From: Cycas panzhihuaensis
Lineage: Eukaryota; Plantae; Cycadophyta
NCBI GenBank assembly: GCA_023213395.1
Contig: CM041465.1
Location: 128,099,741-128,163,740 of the forward strand
Direction of reading: 5' to 3'
Length of the DNA: 64,000 bases
Below are positions 41,659 to 55,740 of the stretch, piece after piece. Below the pieces are notes generated by a model, which saw only the letters and a program-made list of their open reading frames with translations, was not told where the DNA came from and did not search any database. A program made the position numbers and the translations under genes. Positions within the stretch are counted from its first letter, which is position 1; every line of letters begins with the position of its first letter.

Positions 41659-41984
41659 TTAACAAATGGGAAGAATAGAACCCTTCGTATAGGGCATTTT
41701 AGCAGAAGGACGCGACCGCGTTGCATACGTTCGAGGTTGAAATGGTTTGCTACAAATAGGATATCCTCCATATGGGAACCTCTGTAATCTCCTCCTCCCC
41801 TCATCTACCCTAATCGGAGGGTCTCTAATGGATTTTGGTATTTCGTGATCTCTGGTGGCGTTGTTGTATTGCTGTATTGAACGTTGGAGCTGTATAGCTC
41901 TACTCTGGACCACGTCTATTACAATTCTCTCTCCACTGAAATTCTGTGTCTGCTTACTCTAATTTCTGCAACCTCACCTGCCAT
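41659..41984 (-). pseudogene. Paralogue of the 9471-9800 gene, with a 1-nt deletion near codon 20 (ATG frame stops after 21 aa); downstream part remains open
   Basis: MAGEVAEIRVSRHRISVEREL*, followed by an open frame VVQSRAIQLQR...RRRLQRFPYGGYPIC...MPYTKGSILPIC*. CpG island and TATA are retained. Confidence 0.55.
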
Positions 41985-42070
41985 TCGTCCACGTCTTATT
42001 TGTTTGTTACCCAATAATTAATTAATAATATACAATTACGTCTCAAATGCTATTCCAACTCTCGCCTTTG

Positions 42071-42078
42071 TATTTATA
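42071..42078 (-). promoter_or_regulatory. TATA box (TATAAATA), copy B
   Basis: Conserved with 9935-9942, ~87 bp upstream of the ATG. Confidence 0.55.
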
Positions 42079-45000
42079 TTTAGATGGTACATGTTGTAGG
42101 AAACGTATCTGGATCACAGAGCGTCGTATTCTTCGATATCGTGTATACTATTAATCAAATGCAGACAATTAATGCATATCAAGGAATAAAGCAAGGTGGT
42201 CAGCTTTTTATCTGGCGTAACTGAAATCTCTTTCTTCTATTTTCTGGTATATTTGAGATCGCTAAGGGTTTCGCCTGCAATTCTGCACATCCAAAGTATC
42301 CAAGCCGGAATTGATACTTCTCTTAATCTTTTCCCTCTATATACAATCGAGTGTACATAATATATAAAGATCCCCACCAAAGACAGGCTATGTTATAACT
42401 AGCCATGCCCAAACCTGATGCCCCACATGAGGAGGGAGCATAAACCACAATTAGGAGCATCATTGTGAAGCATCGTTGATTCATCATACAAATAGAACCT
42501 AGTGCAGAAGGAATGCTATATCAAACACCATTTGACCATTCTTACTTTTTCATTGTGTAGATGTTCTATGTAGCTATAAGGATTCTCCCTTAGGCCCAAA
42601 AGAAATTACCAAGAAGTTGAATATTTTACCATAATTGAACTTATATGGGAACCAACTCTTGTAGTGATAAAGATGCATTAATCTTTAAATTAGGGCCAAC
42701 ACTTCTAACATGCTAGTTAGAAATAAATCCATTGTCACAAATAAGTATGCTTCATTTTGGTTCTATAAAGAATCCATGAGTAAGGATGTTTGAATTTTTA
42801 TGATTTTGCCCTTTGCAAAAAATTGTCATAATTGGTCAAATGGTAATTTAATGAGATTCTAATTTTCTAAGTTGAAGATAGAAGTATGTACGAAGTGATT
42901 ATCTAATAATTATCTTCTTTATAGAAGAGATATACCTTGAATTTTTATGCCAACAGGCGCCCTCAACGGACTTTGTTGAGGAGTCCCAATTCAAGCCAGG
43001 TGCTACATTCAGTTGGCAAAACAATACCAAATGCAACAGAAAGTGGGAAGTACCAATCCCCAGATCCCCATTCTTAATTCTTGAACACACCATCAAATAG
43101 GCAAATCCTCCATTTCGAATTCTCTAAGGCATGGTAAAGAGGCAATTATGAGCTTCAATGACTGCATCTGATTACTTTGCCTTGGTGTCACGTTATATAT
43201 ATAACAAAAGCGATGATTGATTGGTATAACAAAAATGGGGTTTCATGCTTTGGAATAATACATTGCCTATTGGTGCTTGTAGACTGTTCACACTCTGCAC
43301 TAGTACTTTTTGTTTTCACTAACTCTAGAGGAGACATGTGTCTATCAATTTTCAGGACATAATAATGTGCAAGGGTAAGCTTCTCTTAGGGATCTCTATA
43401 ATCTTATTAGATTAATGAGGGCTACATTAACTATGACATGTGTTGAATCACTTCGAAAGGGTGACATGATATATCTACAACATGTAAGACTAAGATTAAT
43501 TCATTCTAACCCACTCTATACCCTCTCATGTCATGACTAGATTATCAAGAATTTTACGCCCTTTAATGCCCCTCAACATGTTTACTATTGTCAAACATCC
43601 TCTATTATATCTAATATGAGCCTTCTAGTTAAAGACTTAGAGAATTTTTATATGATACATTGAGCAAAGCGATGGACGACCATCTTAATTTGGAGGCTTT
43701 ATTTGATCCTTTTGGGAGGAATATGATAGTATCCTTTTAGGATGAATATGAATTGGATATAATGTTCATATGGTGCTGTAAAAATTATGTCCATGCTTAA
43801 ATTTGCTAATCTCAAGATATATTAATTATGAGAATTTTGTTGAATGTTAGGGGAATGAATCCAATCATAAGCTATAATATATATCTAACCATACATAATC
43901 TTGCTCAACATGGTCAATAAGTTTCACTGCCATCACTCTGTGCCAGACATCTTTAATGTTTCATCAACCACATTACTTCCTCAATGTAGTATCATATTTA
44001 AGCACATCAATAAGTCGACTTGGTAGCATATGACTAATTGATTTTTGTTGCTTAAAATGTCATTGTTATCTTGATGTTGATTATATTATTGATGCTCATC
44101 TACATCAAATATTGAGACTAAACATTTGACTGCTTCATAATGTTATTCATTGACTTATACTTGGCTTTGTTAACATGGTTGATTTCATATGCTTGCTATC
44201 AACATCATCAACTTTAATAACATCAACCTCATCGATTTGATAGCACATAATTTCCCCAAAATTTCCAACTTTGTCATCATCAATTTCAACTCAACATTAT
44301 CGACCTTGTCAACTCCAAACATCTTCATCTACTTGATTAACATTAATATATAATTTATTGACATCGACATCGGCTCAACTTTTTAATGTTGACTTAATAT
44401 TGATAGTCTTATCTTTTTTTCTAATCAACAACCATAAAACTCTACCACTATTACTCAAATGGTAATCTCATTGATACTTTTGTTGAATTTTTTATGTGGG
44501 TTTTTGTAATATACTGTAATATTATGCTCCAAAAAGCCATGACATTTTTTATCTCAAGGTAAATATAAACATTAGTATTTCTAATAAAGACATCTTTAAT
44601 TTAATTTTATCCTTCTTTAGTGATTGATTAGAAACTAACTTAGACACTCATAATAATGTATTATATCTTCCATTTGAACATGAGATATTGCCTACCATGC
44701 CCCTATTTCACACAAAGGCATTGTTGTACATGGTACTTACTGTGCAACCTTTCATATATACATGTTAAGGCATTGACACCTTCAAGTTTGATTCTTATGA
44801 AATTTTTTGATTATTAAGCGTTGTCTTGAACATTACTTTAATGGTGTTCACGTATATAGACTATTATTGAAAAAGATCAGTCATGGTAAGTGATATTGAT
44901 CTTTATTGGCATAACCTCTTGTAATTATTCTCATATTCTATTTTTGCAATTACATCTTCAATATATTTAAACCAACATTACTTATTTATCCTTGAAAAAT

Positions 45001-46099
45001 GACAAAGGTATGCTCATGGTCCTACTATTATCACCCAATTAACCATAAGGCAATGGAATCAGTGGAGAACCTTCTAGTTCTTATCAACAATGGTGCTAAA
45101 TATTGGCAACTCTAGGAAAATAATGCTTTGATCAACCTCCAACACATCATTGTAGGAAAGGGACAATATTCACAAGGAGGAGAGAGACACACAAAAAGAC
45201 ACAAAGATGTGCAATAATATTATCATCTTCTTAGTAAAGGGGATTACACAATGAATTAAGCAGTGAAAGGTGCCAACCTTAAGTCAATGCATCAAGTTAT
45301 AATAACAATCCCTCATAATACATGTCTATACCCTAATGCCTTTATTATGTAGTATATTTATACATCACATTGGGTAGTTTATTAACCCAACTAATTCTCA
45401 CATTAATTTTCCCTTTTAGATTAATTAACCCCTTTATTAATTTAAATATCAATGATCACTTTATTGATGTACAATTAATGACCCTTTACTCAAATAACAC
45501 AATCTCTAATTATTCTTCTTATAAAATCCTCTATTTCAAATAGCAAGGTGTTAATTTTAAAGGAAATAAAATAAAAATTAGGAGATTTAATACTAAATTT
45601 GAATACAAATAAGGTGAATAGATGATATGAATAAGTTATGCCCCTAATGACTAATATAATCCTTCCATCTATGAATATAATGTACACATGTATTAAGAAG
45701 GTATAATTCCTATATGATGTTATTAATATCTTGACTTAGTCTTTCCTATTATTTGGCTCAATTAATTAGTATCCAAAATGAAACTTAGCCCACTTATTAT
45801 ATGATGATTTAGTAAATATTTTTAAGTTAGGGCAAGCTATTACTTATTATCATTTTCACTACAAATCATTAAATTTATCCTCTAATTTGATCTAGATTGA
45901 AACCAAAAGAAGATACAAGGAAAGAAGGACTATAAGAAACCAATGACTAAAATTCAAGGACTAGTGATTAGAAGGCCAACGACGAGTAATTGGAGTTTAA
46001 ACAATCATTAATGGGCAAATGGGTAATTAATAAACCATAATTATAAAGTCAACAACAAGCAATCAATGACCAAATAAACTAGTTTAAGAGTTGTATATT

Positions 46100-49000
46100 T
46101 AAAGGACGTGCGAGGTGCAAAGCAGGACAATTAACTTGGCGAGTGCATTATATCTCTTCTAAGTTAATATCTCTGATTGAATTGAGGGTGGTGCTAAAAA
46201 ACACCAAGGAGGTATTCCCACCCATTTTATAAGAGATTTTGGGGAGGCAACAAATTCCTCAACCTGAACTGTCAATGATTCAAATTAGTATTAAAAAATA
46301 AAAATAATAAATTAACACATACTTTAATAGAGATCTGTCAGCATCTTGGGTGGCTTGTGGTGGTTGTTATGTGGCTCGAGGTACCCTAGAAAGCCCTAAA
46401 GGTGGCTTTGAGGGGCCCTAGGTATATGGTGGTAAAAGTACATTGGGTATTATACAAACATTCTCCCCCATCATACCCAATGTGAACAACTCCTTAATTG
46501 TCTCTGAATTTCTGTAATTTAACTTTGCCCAATGCCTTTATGAAGATATTTATTGTTTGCTCTTTAATTCTACAATAGGTTAATTTAGTCTCTTTTGCTT
46601 ACACTAGTTTTCGAATGAAGTGATGTTGAGTCTCAATATGTTTTGTTTTGCCATGAAAAAATGGATTCTTTTCCATCTAAATAATGCTCTGATTATCGTA
46701 CCAAATTCTTATGGGACATTTCTGTTTTAACTGAAAGTCTTGTAGTAGTCTTCTCAACCAAATTGATTTATATGCACCTCCAACCATTGCTTTGTACTCT
46801 ACCTCAGTTGCAGATAGGGAAATTATGTTTTATTTCTTGGTACTCCATACTATAGCTGTTGATCCCATACTAAACATATAACTTGTCATTTATTTCTTGT
46901 CATCAATGTCTCCTACCCAATCTGAGTCTATATAACCTATCAACCAAAATTTTGATGAAGTTTTATAGTATAATCCATATTCTGAGGTTCCTTTGAGATA
47001 ATGGAGAATTCTTTTTACTACTTGCTAATGGGTGGTCTTTGGATGCTGTATAAATCTAGACATAACACTAACTGAGTGTGTTATATCAAGTCGAGTAGAT
47101 GTCAAATATATCAAGCTACTGATTAGTTGTCTGTAGAGTATAAGATCAACTAATGTAGAATCATCTGACTTAGAGACTTTGATTCCAACTTCTATTGGAG
47201 TTGCCAAAGGTTTACAGTTAGTCATCCTGAACTTTTATAATAAATCTAGGGTATATTTCCATTGGGAAATAAAAATGCTCTTCTTGTCTTACCATACTTC
47301 CAAGCCTAGGAAGTAATGGATTAGCCCCAAATCTGTCATCTCAAATTCTTTACACATAGTATCCTTAAATTATCACAACAAGTGGGAGTCATTTCTAGTA
47401 TATATAAGATCATCCACATAAAGTCCTACTATTAGGATTGAGTCTCCCTTGATTTGAATGTAAAGATTAGGATCTATTTGAAATCTTTCAAAACCTTAAT
47501 CTCTAAAGTATTTGTTTATGCAGGAATACTAGGCCTATGGTGCTTGTTTTAATCCATAAAGTGCCTTCTTAAGTTTATACACTTTATTTTTTGCCCCCCT
47601 GGCTTTAAAATTAAGGGGTTAAATGACATAAATATCCTCTTTAATATAGCCATTGATGAAGGCACTTTTAACATCCATTTGGTAGACTTTCTAACCCATT
47701 TGGGTGGCTAATTTTATCATCATTCTAACTATTTCCATCTGAGCAATAGGGGTAAAAGTTTCATTATAGTTAATGTCTTTTTTTTGGGCATAACCCTTAA
47801 TAACCAATCTAGCCTTGTATTTATTAATATATCCATCTGAACGAAACTTGGTTTTGTAGATTCATCTGGTGCCAATAACCTTTTTATTTGGAGGTAAATT
47901 GACTAACTCCCAAGTGTAATTTTTAACAATGGAATGGTATTAATCTTCCATTACCTTTCACTAAGATGCATGTTGATTGGCCTCATCAAAGGTTTAAGGC
48001 TCATGGGTTTTCAATACTTTGCTCATAAGGGCAAAATTAACCTAATGTGAGCATGTGGATCTACGATTATTGTCCAATATATTACCTAAGTCATGATTCC
48101 ATTGAATCCACTTTAGAAGATTTTGTAGTAGAGGTTGAGAGGAAGTTCCCTCCCCACTAGGTTTATTGATGACTCTTCTAGAATCAAACATAAGAGGCAC
48201 AAACTTGGATTTGGATGATTTATCAAACTTGATTACAACTTCCTTCTTCTTTTCTTGAATGTCTTGATAATAGGCATCCTCTTGGAATTTAATATCTCTA
48301 CTTAACATGACCCTTTTTGACTTAGGGTCATAAACTTTGTATGACTTAGAGGTTTTGCTATAGCTAAGGAATACATATTTGATGCTATGATCATCCAACT
48401 TGGATCTCCTTTAATTAGGAACGTGAGCATATGCTAAGCATCTGAAGACTCTAAGGTGATGTATGCTTGGTTTGTAGCTAGTCCAAGCTTCTTCAGAAGT
48501 TTTCCATTTAAGGGCTTTGGTTAAACACCTATTGAGTAGATAGACAGTTGTATGTACCACTTCAACCCAAAATTCATGTCCTAAATTCTTGTCTTTTAAC
48601 ATGCACCTAGCCATTTTAACTATAGTGTGATTCTTTCTCTCTAGTATACTATTTTACTGTGGGGTGTGAGGATTAGTGAGTTATCTTCTTATACCATGAT
48701 GAATACAATAAGCCTTAAATTCATTAGAGATAAATTCTCCCCCATTATCTGATTTTAGGGAAAGTAACTTATGTCTACTTTATCGCTCCACAAATGTTTT
48801 GAAGTCAATAAAGTATTAAAATGCATCTGATCTAAATTTAAGGAAGAATACCCATGTCTTTCTTGTTAAGTCATCAATAAACATGATGAAGTATCAAGCT
48901 CCTGCTAGTAAGGAGATATTCATTGGACCATAGATATCAATATATACTAGTTGAAGTGGACCTAATACCTAATAACTAAAGTCTGGAAAACTTTTCCTAT

Positions 49001-52000
49001 GTTGTTTACCAAGAAGGCATCAGTCACATAGGTTTTTATCAATATGTGGTAATCCATTTACCATATCTATTCTTTTCATAAATATCAAACTATTATAGTT
49101 AAGATGGTCAAATCTCGTATGCCACAATTCGCTATCCACTTTAGCTATAGTTTTTAGGGCATAGGTATACGAAGGAGTAAGAATGAGTTTGAATAATCGA
49201 TCTTTGGTTATCTTTCCTTTTGCTACTATAACTTTGCTTCTTCTTTTATCCTTGATTACACACTTGTCACTCTTAAATATAACTTTATAGTCTTGTCCCA
49301 TCATTTACCCTATAGATAATAAATTTTTCTTTAGTTGGAACATACAAGACATCATTAAGATGTCTATATTCTCCTACATTTGTCATGACGGCTATATTGT
49401 CTCTACCAACCAATTTGTGGGAGGTATCATTGCCAAACATTATAGATCCCTTCCTGCTTTTACCCAAGGTTTGAAATAGGTGTTCCTTGTGAGTCATATA
49501 GGTTGAACAACCCATGCTAATATACCAACTATTATCCTCTTCTTCCTTAGCAGTGTAACTGGTTAAAAATAATCTATTATTGTCCCTTGATTCTATTGTG
49601 TTATGGGCACTCCCTTTGGTGGGTGGTCCATGTTTAAAAAATCACTTATTTTGTGAATAACCACTTCTATGACAATAGGAATAATATAAAGGATCTCTCC
49701 TTCCATAACTCAAACTTCTGCTTCTTGGATGAGATATATCAATATTGGAAGGTCTTCCCCTCTCCTCATAATGTGGGGGTGGATTTTCCTTTTGTTAGTT
49801 ATCATAGTAGTCTTAATTCAACCTTGAGGATTGAGCATTCCCTTGATAATTGGGGCAACATGTGTGTCCTTTAGATTGTTTTCCTTGGTTTGGGTACCTA
49901 GGAGAGTTCACATTTTGTTGATTTTCTCTTTGCCTCCTTTAATGTGGGGCTTGGTACTCAAGAGTGTCTTATCTTACATCCATTCTAGGGTTTCTATCCC
50001 TTCTCTTACGAGGTGATTCCCTAGATCTTGAAGTTCCTGCTTGAGAGTTTGATTGAATTCTAGCCTTAGTGGTAAAGGCATACTCAAGTGATTCATTGGC
50101 ATTATGTTGTTCTTTGACCGTCATTAGTATAGCACTTAGTTGCTCTACCTTTAGTGTACTTAGGTCCTTTAACACCCTTATACTTGTTGCAGCCATTTTA
50201 AATCTTCTAATGACACCAATACATCTTAATATTCTTTCAACCACCCATTGTTCTGTCAAAGTGTCCCTAAGGGACCTCATTTAGTTGACTATATCTTGAA
50301 CTTTGGTCATAAACTTAGTTACTGATTCTGTGGGTATCATTCACAAATTCTCAAACTTGCTTCTAAGGTTTTAGATCTTAGAGGAAGCAACTCCTTTATA
50401 GATTACCTAGAGTATGTCCCATACTTCTTTTAATTTAGTTGACTCACTAACACGAAGGAAAACATAGTCCTCCAATTCATAAAATATGAGTGTAAGAGCT
50501 TTATTGTCATTCTTGACATTTTCTTTGTAAGTGGTATTTTCTACATCAGTTGTATTCTATCCTAACTCACTATATCTTATTTTTATAATTTCCCATATAT
50601 CGTTAGCTATAAGGATGGGTCTCATCCTCCTACTCCAGTTTAGAAAGTTATTCCTATAGAGTTTAGGAATTATCATATTTCTAAAGCTAAAGGTCATTTT
50701 TAAATAAGGTTTTAAAAATGTGGTAAATGAGATGAGGTTTACAAATATTTGGATTTAAAAATTGACCTAAGTGATAATATCTAAGGTTTTATCCAAAGTT
50801 TTCAAAGTGGACTAGTCCCTAATAAGGCTTATAGGCTCTAAGTTTAAGGATCTCTAAGGGAAACCTTTGGTCGTTATTTTGCCTAGTGGCACCTACCTCC
50901 AAGTGGTAAAATAGGGACCCAATATACTGGTATGTAAGCTCAAGGCTTGATATACCTTAGTACATAGGCTACTGCGAAGGTTTTTACACCCCCTAAGTTG
51001 TGGATCCACTTGCACTAGACTTATGCCTAAAGACAGATCTAGTAGTGAAGGTTGCATGAACCAAAGCACCCACCCTCTTTAGGTCTAGTCTTAGTCTCTG
51101 AATACTAAATAAGGATAGGTTCTCCACCTCATCCTGCCACCTAATATACCTTATAGCTAATACCTTTCCTCATCCAATATGAGTAGGCTAGTTAACATGT
51201 ATGTGGTGTTAACTTTAGGGGTCCTAATCGTTCCCCTTACAAGACTGGAAATATAATGTGATTGATTCAGGAGTTATGTTTTTAAATTTGAGAATATATT
51301 AATTAAAATTATGGTCTTCATTAGGTTTTATAAAGTTCCTTTTATGCAGGAAATAAAGTAACTCAAAAAATAAATCCACTAAGTAAGATAAATATAAGGA
51401 TAAACTTGTATGAAATAGAAATGTACTTCAAACTTTCAAATGAATATATGCAATAAACTTTCTTCAAATCTTACTAAAGTAAGTAAATGAAGTAATGAGT
51501 CTTTTCTTCTTCAAGCAAGCCAAAGAATACAAGATAATATGCAACTAGTTCTTCCAACTTGATATGTTTATAGAAAGAAATGAGAACCTATATGCTCCTT
51601 TAATGCCTTTAAAAATGTAAAAACTAAACTTTGTTGCTTTCAATGATAAATAAATAATGATATTTTACACCTAACTTGGTAACTTTCAAATGAAATAGGG
51701 AACTAAAGCCTTTAAATAAGAATGAAATAACTTGTTTGTCAAAATATACAGGACAATGAGAATGACTAATTATCCCTTTGAAAAGAAAAATAGCTATATG
51801 AGAAACTTGAAATTCTTAAGTATAACGTTTGCTTAAAATGATAAAAATACCAAAAAGTTATAAGTATTTAATTAATAATATAGGAAATAAACAAATTTAA
51901 TATAGATAGTACCTATTTATTGAATTTGCACCACTTAGGTTGTAGAAAGCTCTAAGTGTTGAAAAGATAAGTCCTTGCTATAAAATAGCTTTTAAAATGC

Positions 52001-54236
52001 ATATAAGAACCAATAGTAACTTCAAGAATCAATTAGTAATAATCAATGATATAAGTATAATCCTTTTGAAATAATAAATTGCTTAAAAAATTATAAAAAT
52101 AGGCATATTTAGGCTAAATAAGAAGCTCAAGTTGACTAGTTTCAAAACCTTAAAAATGATGTTAGTTTTGAGTAAAACGTATGCCAATGTGAAGAGTATT
52201 AAAAACTCTTTTTGACAAATCCAACCATTTAGAAATGAATATATATGAGGACCCTTTTAAAGACTCACAATGGAGCCATAAGGCTTAAATGCTATATACT
52301 TTAAATTATAATTTTATAGGATGATATAAAAATAGTCATATATAAATTAGAGATCCCTTAGTATGTCTCAAGACAAAGAAACTTGGAAAAAATTAATTTA
52401 TTATTACCAAAAATAATGAACTAAGACAAATAGGTTACCTTAACTTTGCTAGCTTTAAAAACCTAAAAAATAGCTTCAAGTCAAATAAAAAAATATACCA
52501 TCATGTAGTGAATTGAAGCAACTTTCCAACGAAATAGGCAGCTTGAAAAATGGAGCTCATATGACAAAATTATTATAAAAATTGTAAGGAGACCTCTTAA
52601 TGTCTAACAAAATAATGGCTGAAAGAAGGGGTCAATTTGATTGATTAAATCACAGCCAAACCAATCTCAAATTTAATAAATGAATATTCTATGCTATGCT
52701 ATACCTCTCTAAAATACAATCACAATGGAACTAATTTCACTAAAATCTAATATGCTAGTGAGGATGTATAGTGAAAAATACAACATAGCCTCTTTGAATA
52801 AAAAATACAAAGGAAACTTTATAACAAAAATTGATTAGCTTATTTAACACCAAAGACCGAAGTCATATGAGGGGAAAAGCAACTAAACAAGGGGCTAATT
52901 CCAATAGATTCCAAGCAAATTATAATATAATTGAATTTTTTATAAAGTTTATAAACTTTAGTAAAATAAAATCAAATTAAAATATCAAAATACAGCGTCT
53001 ACGACTTTTTGACGTATACAACTTTTTGACATCTGTGACGAAATGAGAGATGGAAGATCAAAGAGAATTAATCCAAAATAATGATGGATGCTTACGAAAC
53101 TAGAGAGAAACATGAATAAAGTGCCAACAATTAATCCATTGAAGAAATCCATTTGAAAAATGGTTCCAAAATAGTGATTTTTGTTCACGGACTTGATGAA
53201 GGGCACATGAGACTTCAAAGGTTCTAGGGCATTGAAACCACATCAAACAAAGATGATACTTCAAAAAATTATAGAGGGAGAGGTGAGCACATAGAGGAAG
53301 GTCATGGAACAGACAACACTATGAAAACTGCTCTATTTTATGAAAATAATACCACTAAAGTCTATGGGTCATCATAGACCATACAAAGAGGAACCAAGCT
53401 AGATGAGGCCTTAAACTGCTTCAAAACTCCTTTATCAGGCACTAGGAGTGGGTGTAGGGATCTTACAAACATCATAGAAGGTCCAGTAAGCAAAAAAAAT
53501 ATAGATTTATAAAAAAAACTAAAGAAAATTAAGAGAGATAAAGCTTTAGAGAGAGATATCTCTCAAACAGATGGATGAAAAAATAAATGGTCTTTACTAC
53601 TAGATGGAGCACTCAGACATGATCAAAATGATTAGTCATATGGCATAGTTTTGATTGTTCTATAAGAAGCAGGAGTGATATGAATATAGGTGAGCAATAG
53701 AGAACTAGGGCTTAAAAAATCATACGAAGATGTATCAACAAAATAACAATGTAATCAATAGTTTTATAAGGTAAAAATTTAATATTTCTTAATATAATAT
53801 TATATACATACCATACAATATAAAGTGATAGCCATAACTCTCACGTGGAAGTCCACCTAGCACTCTGACACCAAATGAAGGACATATGAGGCATAAAGCA
53901 TGAGGATTAACTTGGCGAGTGCATTGTATCTCTTCTGAGTTAATATATTTGATTAAATCAAGGGAAGTATTAAAAAACACTAGGGAGGTACTCCCATCCC
54001 TTTTGTAAGAGATTTTGGTTAGGTTGTAAGCACCTCAACTTGACTTGCCAATGATTCAAATTAGTATTAAAAAATAAAACTAATAAATGAGCACACACCT
54101 TAATAGAGATCCGTTAGCATCTTGGATGGCTTGTGATGGTTGTTATATGGCTCTAGGTGCCCTATGGAGCCCCAAAGGTAGCTTTTAGGGGCCCTAGGTG
54201 TACGGTAGAAAATGTACATTGGGTATTATCCCAACA
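46100..54236 (-). mobile_element. Full-length degenerate Ty1/copia element Z with ~3.1 kb 5' leader
   Basis: 361-bp LTRs at 46100-46460 and 53876-54236. Perfect TSD ATATT. PBS-like TGGTGTCAGAG at 53863-53873. PPT at 46461-46469. gag-pol remains ~46490-50700 (LWHTRFDHLN, MARCMLKDK, LIYLTSTRLDI). Confidence 0.94.
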
Positions 54237-55526
54237 ATATTATGACTAAAATTTTATCAAATAATAGATTAAGAAATTGTCACTTAAATCAGTTACTAGG
54301 ACATCATATAAATGGGAAGAGAACAAAAGTGGGCTATTATCTAAAGCTAAAAGAAAAAGAGACTCTCAAGGAAGAAAATAGATTAGAGAAGAAAGATCTT
54401 AACCACATAAGAGTAGAGAATGACCTTGGCTTTATATTTTTCAACTTCAGCTTTATGTTATAAAGCACAAAGATGCTCAATAATTTACACCTATAACTAA
54501 CATAATTTCATGTATTAATACAAGTATTTACTTTAATTATCAAATTAATTATTCACACAAACTCCACATTAAGTATATTTGTATTGAATTGAATCACCAC
54601 TACATAATTCATATTCTTTTGTAATGTGAATGGAATTGCTAATAATTTACACCCTTAGCCTAAGAGAAGCATTAGTTAATCTTAATTTATCATTAAGGAC
54701 TTGAATAACTTATTGTCTTTCATATATTCTTGATATTGAAATTCTAGAAGGGAACCATATAAGACATTGCTAGTGACTAGGCTTTAAACCACCTCTTACT
54801 CATATCATTTTGGTATTAAGTATATTCAAATATTAAAGAAAGGTATATTTAAGTGGTCTAAACATGAGCAAGGTATATTAAAAATGGCCATATACCATTA
54901 AACCTACCTTTTCCAAATGGAAGGCTCCAAAGGACTCCAAGGGAAATAAAGATGACATAAACTTATGAATTATTCTAGAAAATCTATCTATATTTTCTCA
55001 ACAAAATCTATGAGAAATAAAATCTAACTCTTATTTTCAAATTACCCTTGCACAGTTATGCCCTTTGAACATCATCACTAGTGTTGTAAAAGTAATATAA
55101 GTAGTCATGCAAGATCCAAATGTACATTATCTTTGTCACGTAATTCTAACTCTCTTTGCTATGTTAATATTTCTACTAGAACTAGTACAAATGCTTGAAT
55201 AAGATTTAGCACAAAATATAGTTACAAAGGGGACCTATCTCATAAGTTGGCATCTATAATTATACAATAGTATCTTTGTCTTAAGTTGATGAGCATAAGG
55301 ATTGGACTATGAAATTCTCATAAGCTAAAATCTCTTAGAAGAAAAATTTTCTTACTTTATTAATAAAAATGAATGTATTTATACATGGATTTTAATAACT
55401 TTCACAACCACCTAATTATTAACATACTTAGCAGTATTAGATTATAAAATTAACCACTCTTCTTACTAGTTAAGTTACTATTCACATGAGTGATTATTTA
55501 GACTTTCCATAACCATGACTACCCTT

Positions 55527-55740
55527 TAGAAAATCTAAAGGGAAAGTTCCCTTTACAAAGTTTAAAGGGAACTTTCCTTTACAAAATCTTAAGGAAAGGT
55601 TTCCTTTATAAAACTTTAAGTCAACTTGTCTTTAAAAATTTTGAAGGAATTTTCCCTTCATAAAGTTTAAGGGGAACCTCCCTTTAAAAATGTGAAGGGG
55701 AGTTCCCTTTAAATTGGATGGAGTTAACTCCCTTCAAATT
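55527..55740. repeat. Palindromic ~26-bp unit array, copy B
   Basis: AAAGGGAAAGTTCCCTTT-type units, ~8 copies. Confidence 0.85.
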
